Shown: positions 7,833-13,952 of the stretch, in pieces
How the letters are laid out: each line of letters begins with the position of its first letter
Position numbering within the stretch: position 1 is the stretch's first letter
NCBI GenBank assembly: GCA_038208905.1
Contig: JBBQYG010000072.1
Span: forward strand, 1 to 18,180
Length of the DNA stretch: 18,180 nt
Source: Candidatus Sumerlaeia bacterium
GTDB lineage: Bacteria; Sumerlaeota; Sumerlaeia; SLMS01
Direction of reading: 5' to 3'
Program-made: the position numbers and the translations under genes
Notes under the pieces: model-generated
The model's database searches: none
Told to the model about the DNA's origin: nothing
What the model saw: only the letters and a program-made list of their open reading frames with translations

Positions 7833-8189
7833 GTGAAGAATTACGACCTCGTCATCCATCCCGGCGACGCCCCCAGCCAGCCGAGGCGCGTCGAACTGAT
7901 CGGCTGCCTGGACAGCCACACCGTCGTTGGCTTCGAGAAGTCGCTCCACGCCCTTCTCGACGAGGGGGTACGCGGCCTCGTGATCGATCTGCAGCAGCTC
8001 ACCTATATCTCCAGCGCGGGCATCAGCGCGCTGATGGGGCTGACCCACCGCCTGCGCCAGAACGACGGCGAACTCATCCTCCTCAAGCCCACGGAGAAGG
8101 TCAATCGCGTGTTCCGCACGCTGGGCTTCACCAACATCTTCAAGATCGTGGAGAACGAGTCCGAGGCCGATTCCTCCATCACCCGCTAG
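7833..8189 (+). CDS. rsbV: STAS-domain anti-sigma factor antagonist (RsbV/SpoIIAA family)
   Basis: SD AAGGAG upstream of GTG; 118 aa; GxLD, VIDLQQLTYISSAGISAL phospho-Ser motif, C-terminal FRTLGFTNIFKI. Confidence 0.9.
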   Translation: MKNYDLVIHPGDAPSQPRRVELIGCLDSHTVVGFEKSLHALLDEGVRGLVIDLQQLTYISSAGISALMGLTHRLRQNDGELILLKPTEKVNRVFRTLGFTNIFKIVENESEADSSITR

Positions 8190-8217
8190 AACGCCGCGCA
8201 TCCCACCGGAGCGACGC

Positions 8218-8763
8218 ATGAGTCAGAACCTGCAAGACAGCCCTGTGGGGAATCTGGACCTCGATCTGCGCTGCCCTGTGGACACGCGTGTTCTTGCCCT
8301 CATGAGGACGATGGCCTGCGCCCTTGCCGAGCATGTGGGCTTCGACGACGAGCAGGTCGCCCAAGTCGAAATGGCCGTGGACGAGGCCTGCGCCAACGTC
8401 GTCCGCCATGCCTACAAGCATCTTGGAGTATCGCCCGACCTCCCCGATGACAGCGCCGACGAGCACACCCGCCGCCGCTGCCAGTTGCACGCGCGCATTC
8501 AGGTTGGCGAAGGATTCCTGCGCATCATCATCGCCGACAGCGGCATTGGCCTCTGCAACACAGCGCCCGGCGTCGAGTCGGTGGAGGACTTCCAGCAGCG
8601 CGGCGGCGGCGGCGGGCTCGGCACCCTGATCATCCGCAATTTCATGGACGAGGTACACTACGACTTTCCAGAGCAGTCCGGGACGATCCTCACCATGACG
8701 AAGTATCTGAAATCAACCGCGAGGCCCGCCGATCAGGGCGGGCCGGAGACCATTCATCGATGA
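8218..8763 (+). CDS. rsbW: Anti-sigma factor / Ser kinase (RsbW/SpoIIAB family, HATPase_c_2)
   Basis: N-box EMAVDEACANVVRHAY, G1 IADSGIG, G2 GGLGTLIIRNFMDEV, and GTILTMTK. Confidence 0.9.
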   Translation: MSQNLQDSPVGNLDLDLRCPVDTRVLALMRTMACALAEHVGFDDEQVAQVEMAVDEACANVVRHAYKHLGVSPDLPDDSADEHTRRRCQLHARIQVGEGFLRIIIADSGIGLCNTAPGVESVEDFQQRGGGGGLGTLIIRNFMDEVHYDFPEQSGTILTMTKYLKSTARPADQGGPETIHR

Positions 8764-10265
8764 GCAGCGTCGCCACGGCGGAGCGCCAGCTTGAACGCCT
8801 CCGCAACCAAATCAACTGGGTAACCCGCATCTCCGCCGCGCTGGGAGCGACGGACAACGTCGAAGACGTAAACTCGATCCTCCTCGCGGGGGTCCTCTCC
8901 CCCACGGGCCTCGGCTACTCCCGCGTCCTGTATTTCGAGCACGACGACGACTCCATGAGCCTCATGGGAAAATACGCCCTCTCCCACGATTCCCGCGAAT
9001 CGATGGAGACGCTCGCCAAGGACCTTGCCGACGACGCGCACTATGTCGAGGGCGTGGGCGGCGCGGTGCGTGGCGACAGCAACGAGGAAATCCTCCTGCG
9101 TGAAGGGGAGATCGACGCCCTGACCACCGGCGCCCCGTGGATCATCCTCTTCCAGCGCCTCAACCCCGACAACGACACGACGCGCCAACTGGAGAAGCTC
9201 CAGTTCCCCATCGGCTGGGAGGGCGGCCAGCTCGGCGCCGGCAGTATCTTCGAGGAGATTCCCTTCTGGCGGAAGCCGCGCGCCCTCTCTCGCCGCGATC
9301 TGGGGCATCGACTTCCGCCGGCCCTCGCCTCCTTGGTGGCCGAGCACTTCGCCATCGTGGCGATCAACACAGCCAAGGGCCTGCGCTCGCTCCTGATCCT
9401 CGATCGCCATTTGGAGGAAGACCCGCGCATCACAGAAGCGGACTTGGCGGAGCTCGACTGGTTCGCGCGCCAGGCGTCCCTTGCCGTGGAGAACGCCGAG
9501 AATCGGAATGACCTGGCGAACGCCTACAACGAATTGAAGCAGTTCGACCAGATGAAGTCCAACTTCCTCTCGGTCATCTCCCACGAGCTGCGCACGCCGC
9601 TCACCGCCATGTCGGGGTTCGTCGACCTGATCGTGGACGAGCGCGTTGGCTCCATCAACGAGAACCAGCGCACCCTCCTGACGCGCGTCCAGAAGAACAC
9701 CGGCCACCTGATCCACCTGGTCAACGACCTGATCGAGGTGGCCGAGATCGAGGCGGAGGGCACCGTGGAAGTCCGCGTGTCGCCGGTGGAACCGCTGACC
9801 GTGCTCCTAGACACGCTCCCCCGCCTGGAGCAGCGCCGCCGCGAGAAAAACGTGAAGGTCGAACCCCTGATCCAGTGCGAGATCCCGCGCATCCTAGCCG
9901 ACGAACGCGCGCTGGGGCGCATCTTCTTCCACCTGATCGACAACGCCATCAAGTTCTCCTTCGAAGGCTCCAGCGTGGACGTGGTCTTCCACGTGGTGGA
10001 CGGCGAATTCCACGCGGACATCATCGACCGCGGCATGGGCATCGCCCCGGAAAACAAGAAGCGCATCTTTGACCACTTCTACCAGGTGGACAGCACCCTG
10101 ACCCGCGGCCACGAGGGCCTCGGCCTGGGCCTCGCCGTCATCAAGCTCCTCCTCGCCGCCACCCGCGGCCGCATCGCCGTCAAGAGCGAGGTCGGCACCG
10201 GCTCCACCTTCACCGTCATCTTCCCCCTCGTCGAAACCCGCGACTCGCGCGTGTCGCAGGGATGA
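8760..10265 (+). CDS. Cytoplasmic sensor histidine kinase (GAF-like input, HisKA, HATPase_c)
   Basis: ATGA overlap with rsbW. H-box FLSVISHELRTPL, N-box LIDNAIKFS, DRGMGI, IFDHFYQVD, GLGLGL, SEVGTGSTF. Upstream WFARQASLAVENA resembles a GAF terminal helix. No TM segment evident. Confidence 0.93.
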   Translation: MSSVATAERQLERLRNQINWVTRISAALGATDNVEDVNSILLAGVLSPTGLGYSRVLYFEHDDDSMSLMGKYALSHDSRESMETLAKDLADDAHYVEGVGGAVRGDSNEEILLREGEIDALTTGAPWIILFQRLNPDNDTTRQLEKLQFPIGWEGGQLGAGSIFEEIPFWRKPRALSRRDLGHRLPPALASLVAEHFAIVAINTAKGLRSLLILDRHLEEDPRITEADLAELDWFARQASLAVENAENRNDLANAYNELKQFDQMKSNFLSVISHELRTPLTAMSGFVDLIVDERVGSINENQRTLLTRVQKNTGHLIHLVNDLIEVAEIEAEGTVEVRVSPVEPLTVLLDTLPRLEQRRREKNVKVEPLIQCEIPRILADERALGRIFFHLIDNAIKFSFEGSSVDVVFHVVDGEFHADIIDRGMGIAPENKKRIFDHFYQVDSTLTRGHEGLGLGLAVIKLLLAATRGRIAVKSEVGTGSTFTVIFPLVETRDSRVSQG

Positions 10266-10480
10266 AAAGAGGGGATGAGGTATGAGGGATCAACAGCCCA
10301 AAGCCCAGGGCAAGCGCCCAACCGGCTCTGGTGCCGCATCAACCCAGTTTCCAGCAATGGATACCGCATAACAAGTCAACTCAGGCAATCATGTCAGCAA
10401 GGTCAACGCCCCCGTTACTGCGTTGTTGGCACAATGCGTTGGCTGCGGGTTGCCGCCGCGCCCCCAAGGCGGCCCGATCG

Positions 10481-10718
10481 CACCTGCACGATCCCGCCCT
10501 ACGCACCGGGCGAGGCAACGCCGACACCCACCACCACGCCGACCGCGACGCCGACCCCAACCACGGGCACCCTGACGCTGACGCCGACATTGTCACTCAG
10601 CCCCTCGCCCACGCCGTCGCCCATCGCGACGCCGATCCCGACTCCCTGTGGAGACGTGGACGGCAATGGGGTGCTGGGTGCGGCGGATTTGCTCCTGCTG
10701 CTGTTGGATATGCGCTGA
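10481..10718 (+). pseudogene. Orphan C-terminal fragment: Thr/Pro-rich linker plus single dockerin/EF-hand-like repeat (5' boundary approximate)
   Basis: ...GEATPTPTTTPTATPTP...PSPTPSPIATPIPTPCGDVDGNGVLGAADLLLLLLDMR*. The upstream part of ORF 10275-10718 lacks the genome's codon bias and has no signal peptide. Confidence 0.5.
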
Positions 10719-10743
10719 CCAGCGAGCTTCCCCGACGGATGTT

Positions 10744-10831
10744 GGACCCCTGCCGGGGTCCGGTTTGTATAGACGCGGGTTCCCCGGACTGAAGGTCCGG
10801 GGCTAGGAATGTTGCGTCCCTGCCGGGACGC
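10744..10831. repeat. Triple-hairpin REP-like extragenic element
   Basis: GGACCCC-TGCC-GGGGTCC (10744-10761), CCCCGGAC-TGAAG-GTCCGGGG (10782-10802), GCGTCCC-TGCC-GGGACGC (10814-10831). The outer hairpins share the CCC-TGCC-GGG core. Confidence 0.7.
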
Positions 10832-10870
10832 TGGGTGTGCGGAGAGATTGGTGCGCTTGCCGCCCCAAGC

Positions 10871-10924
10871 TTTCATCTCCTTTCATCCCTCAGCCCTTCT
10901 CCCTCATCCCTGCCTTTCATCCCT
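10871..10924. repeat. Degenerate short tandem repeats (TCATCCC/TTTCATCCCT units); inverted copies at 10258-10290
   Basis: TTTCATCTCC TTTCATCCCT ... CCTCATCCCT ... TTTCATCCCT. AGGGATGAAA (10258-10267) is the exact reverse complement of TTTCATCCCT. Confidence 0.6.
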
Positions 10925-10984
10925 GCTTATCGGCTTGCCTCCCCCCGCCCCGTGCCGGTAGCGATTCGGGCCTTGGAAAAGCCC

Positions 10985-12490
10985 ATGACGATCCGAATTT
11001 ACAATAGCCTGACGCGAGAGAAGGAGGACTTTGCCCCGATCAACCCGGGGAAGGTGCTCTTCTACAATTGCGGGCCGACGGTTTATGGCGAATTCCACAT
11101 CGGGAACGCGCGCAATTTCGTGGTGTTCGACGTGGTGCGGCGCTGGCTCGTGGCCAGCGGCTACAGCGTGCAGTACGTTCAGAACATCACCGACGTGGAC
11201 GACAAGATCATTCGCCGCGCCGCCGAGGAGGGGACGACCCCGGAGGCGATCGCGAAGAAGTACACCATGTACTTCCTGGCCAAGCTGCGCCAGTTGGGCA
11301 ACATGCCCGCGACGGCGCACCCCAAGGCCACAGAGTACATCCCGGCGATCGTCAAGATGGTCGAATCGCTGGTGAATCGCGGCCACGCCTATGCGTCGGC
11401 GGACGGCTCCGTGTGGTTCGACGTGGGCAGCTTCCCGGAGTATGGCAAGCTTTCCCGCATGCCGCTGGACCAGATGCAGCAGGGCGAGCGCGTGGGCGAG
11501 GAGCAGCAGAAGCTGAAGCGTTCGCCCATGGACTTCTCCCTGTGGAAGGCCGCCAAGCCCGGCGAGCCCGCCTGGAAGTCGCCGTGGGGCGATGGCCGCC
11601 CGGGGTGGCACATCGAGTGCTCCTGCATGGCGATGGGCGCCCTTGCGGCGGAGACCATCGACATCCACGGGGGCGGCGTGGACCTGCGCTTTCCCCATCA
11701 CGAGAACGAGATCGCCCAGAGCGAGTGCGCCACCGGCAAGCCCTTTGCCCGGTACTGGATGCACAACGGCATGTTGGACATCGACGGCGAGAAGATGGCC
11801 AAGTCGGCGGGCAACTACAAGACCCTGGACGGCGTGCTGGAGATGGTGGACGCGCTCACGCTGCGCTATTTTCTCATCAGCGGCAAGTATCGCGACAAGC
11901 TGGACTTCACGGAGGACAGCCTGCACAAGTGCAAGAGCGCGGTGGAGCGCCTGGTCAACGCGAGCCACGAGGCCCGCCGCGTCCTGTTGGGCGTGACCGC
12001 CGACGACGCGTGGAAGCGCGAGAAGGACCTGATGGCGCTCCGCGAGGAGTATGTGGAGGCGATGAACGACGACTTCAACACGCCGCGCGCGCTGGCGGTG
12101 CTTTCCAAGCTGGTCACGCTGATCAACACCATCCGCACCGAGGTCCAGAACGGCGCGCCGGTGATGCGGCTGGCCCGCGCCACGGGGCTGTTGGGCGACA
12201 TCCGCGCGGAGCTTGGCCTGACGGACGATCTGGAAGCGCCGGTGGACGATTTCGACGCGGAGACAACGGACAGGATGCGTTCGCTCCTGTTTCAGGAGGT
12301 TCCCGCCCCCCTTCGCCCCACCAATCCCGGGGGCGCGCCGGAGATCATCAAGCTCCTCATCAAGGTTCGCGCCTCGGCCCGGGAGGAGAAGAACTTCGGC
12401 CTCGGCGACCGGGTCCGCGACGGCCTGTTGCAACTGGGGGTCTCCCTTGAGGACAAGCCGGGGCAAACGATCTGGAAGCGGTTCCGCTAG
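10985..12490 (+). CDS. cysS: Cysteine--tRNA ligase (501 aa)
   Basis: MTIRIYNSLTREKEDF start; CGPTVY, HIGNAR, NITDVDDKII, DFSLWK, GRPGWHIECS, HGGGVDLRFPHHENE, KMAKS, MNDDFNTP, and anticodon-binding C-terminus. Confidence 0.98.
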   Translation: MTIRIYNSLTREKEDFAPINPGKVLFYNCGPTVYGEFHIGNARNFVVFDVVRRWLVASGYSVQYVQNITDVDDKIIRRAAEEGTTPEAIAKKYTMYFLAKLRQLGNMPATAHPKATEYIPAIVKMVESLVNRGHAYASADGSVWFDVGSFPEYGKLSRMPLDQMQQGERVGEEQQKLKRSPMDFSLWKAAKPGEPAWKSPWGDGRPGWHIECSCMAMGALAAETIDIHGGGVDLRFPHHENEIAQSECATGKPFARYWMHNGMLDIDGEKMAKSAGNYKTLDGVLEMVDALTLRYFLISGKYRDKLDFTEDSLHKCKSAVERLVNASHEARRVLLGVTADDAWKREKDLMALREEYVEAMNDDFNTPRALAVLSKLVTLINTIRTEVQNGAPVMRLARATGLLGDIRAELGLTDDLEAPVDDFDAETTDRMRSLLFQEVPAPLRPTNPGGAPEIIKLLIKVRASAREEKNFGLGDRVRDGLLQLGVSLEDKPGQTIWKRFR

Positions 12491-12568
12491 TTCCCGAAGA
12501 AAACCCTTGAACGCGGGGGGGCTCCTGACGGAAAGCATTCGTCTTGCCGGGAATTGACCCCCGGCGGT

Positions 12569-12646
12569 GGCGGGTGTAGCTCACTTGGTTAGAGCACAGG
12601 ATTGTGGATCCTGGGGCAGCGGGTTCAATTCCCGTCACCCGCCCCA
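12569..12646 (+). tRNA. tRNA-His (GUG) with encoded G-1 and CCA
   Basis: Acceptor GCGGGTG (12570-12576)/CACCCGC (12636-12642); D arm GCTC..GAGC; anticodon stem CAGGA/TCCTG with loop TTGTGGA (GTG 12604-12606); T arm GCGGG-TTCAATT-CCCGT; G-1 (12569):C73 (12643); CCA 12644-12646. Confidence 0.97.
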
Positions 12647-12768
12647 CCAACTCACTTCACAACGCGAATACCCCATGCCGCCCCCCGGCGAGTGGATTCC
12701 TTTTGCATCGGGAGACTGTGCGGGCGGAGACTGCGTACGAAATTTTAGGCGTGGGGAGAACGACCGCC

Positions 12769-13944
12769 TTGTCCTTTGCCGAGAATCCCGTCTTGCCGGC
12801 GCGTGTGCGCGCGCTCCCGCCGGAGCCACGCATCCTATGCCTTGGCAACGCCCTGAAGGAAACGCTGGGGGCGCGTCTCGCGCTTCGCAGCCTGGAACTC
12901 GGCGTCCAGCTTGGCGGCGGCACGGTGCGCGGGGGATTTTGCCTCAGCGACGGCGGCGACGGATTCCTGGAATCCTATGAGGGCGTGGTGAAGCTGCGCC
13001 GCCAGCGCTCGGTCGTCCCCGGGCCGCTCGGCGATTTTGCCGTTTCCGATTTCCTTTTCGACGACGAGACCCAGACCGCCGTGATCGAGTCGGCCCAGAT
13101 CATCGGCATGGCGCTCGTTACGCCCGCGCGGCGCGACATCATGAACTCGGGCACCGGCGGCCTGGGCGATGTGTTGATGGCTGCGATCCTGATGGGAGCG
13201 CGCCGTATCGTGGTTGGCCTGGGCGGATCGGCCACCTGCGACGGCGGCGTGGGGATGCTCTACCACCTGCAGGAGGGCCTTCGCCAAGGCACCAAGATCG
13301 GCAAGCACATCGCCGCCAAGGACCTGGAGAATCCGCCGCCGGTGGATATCGGGTTCCTCCGCGAGCGTCTCAAGAACGTGCAGATCGACGTTTTCTGCGA
13401 CGTGAACAACGTGCTGACAGGCCCGCGCGGCACGGCGTTCAACTTCGCCGGACAGAAGGGCGCCACGCGATACGAGATGCGCCTGCTGGAGTACCTGCTG
13501 GAGCGCTGGGCCAAGCGCATCCAGATGTTCACCGATTCCAACGTAGCCGAACTCGAGGGCGCGGGCGCGGCGGGCGGGATGGGTTTCGCCCTTGCCGCCA
13601 TTGGCGGAAAACTGCTTCCCGGGTCCGACGCGTTCTTCGACCTGATCGGCTACGAGAAGCTGCTGGGCGAATGCGACGGCGTCGTGACGTGCGAGGGGCG
13701 CTTCGACACGTCGAGCTTTGCGGGCAAGGCGCCGTGGCGCGCCGCCCAGGTAAGCCAGATGGCGGGGAAGCCGGCCTTGATCGCCTGTGGCAGCGCCGAC
13801 GCCGCCGCCGTGGAGCAGGCGGCGCTGATTGGCGTGAAGGTCGCCGAATTCGCGCGCGACGTTCCCGTGGAGCGCCAGGCGGCCGAGGCGTTCACGCTCC
13901 TTCAGGAATCCGTCCGCCAGTACGTCAGCCGTCGCGGCCGCTAA
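12769..13944 (+). CDS. glxK: Glycerate kinase (GlxK/GarK family); start uncertain (TTG 12769 or GTG 12718)
   Basis: SDGGDG, GPLG, AVIESAQIIG, GLGGSATCDGGVGM, CDVNN, QKGA, GAGAAGGMG, EGRFD and GK motifs. GGAG precedes both candidate starts. Confidence 0.88.
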   Translation: MSFAENPVLPARVRALPPEPRILCLGNALKETLGARLALRSLELGVQLGGGTVRGGFCLSDGGDGFLESYEGVVKLRRQRSVVPGPLGDFAVSDFLFDDETQTAVIESAQIIGMALVTPARRDIMNSGTGGLGDVLMAAILMGARRIVVGLGGSATCDGGVGMLYHLQEGLRQGTKIGKHIAAKDLENPPPVDIGFLRERLKNVQIDVFCDVNNVLTGPRGTAFNFAGQKGATRYEMRLLEYLLERWAKRIQMFTDSNVAELEGAGAAGGMGFALAAIGGKLLPGSDAFFDLIGYEKLLGECDGVVTCEGRFDTSSFAGKAPWRAAQVSQMAGKPALIACGSADAAAVEQAALIGVKVAEFARDVPVERQAAEAFTLLQESVRQYVSRRGR

Positions 13945-13952
13945 GTACTCTC

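Noticed and set aside
10515..10650. CRISPR array or DNA-level tandem repeat (ACGCCGAC units)
   Set aside because: The periodicity comes from Thr-Pro codons; no constant repeat with unique spacers and no cas genes.
10740..10984. T-box or attenuator upstream of cysS
   Set aside because: No T-box consensus (AAnnnnGGTGGnACCRCG) or terminator U-tract seen.
12600..12770. tRNA-His as integration site of an island
   Set aside because: No integrase, no duplicated tRNA 3' end seen in the window, and a housekeeping-type gene follows.
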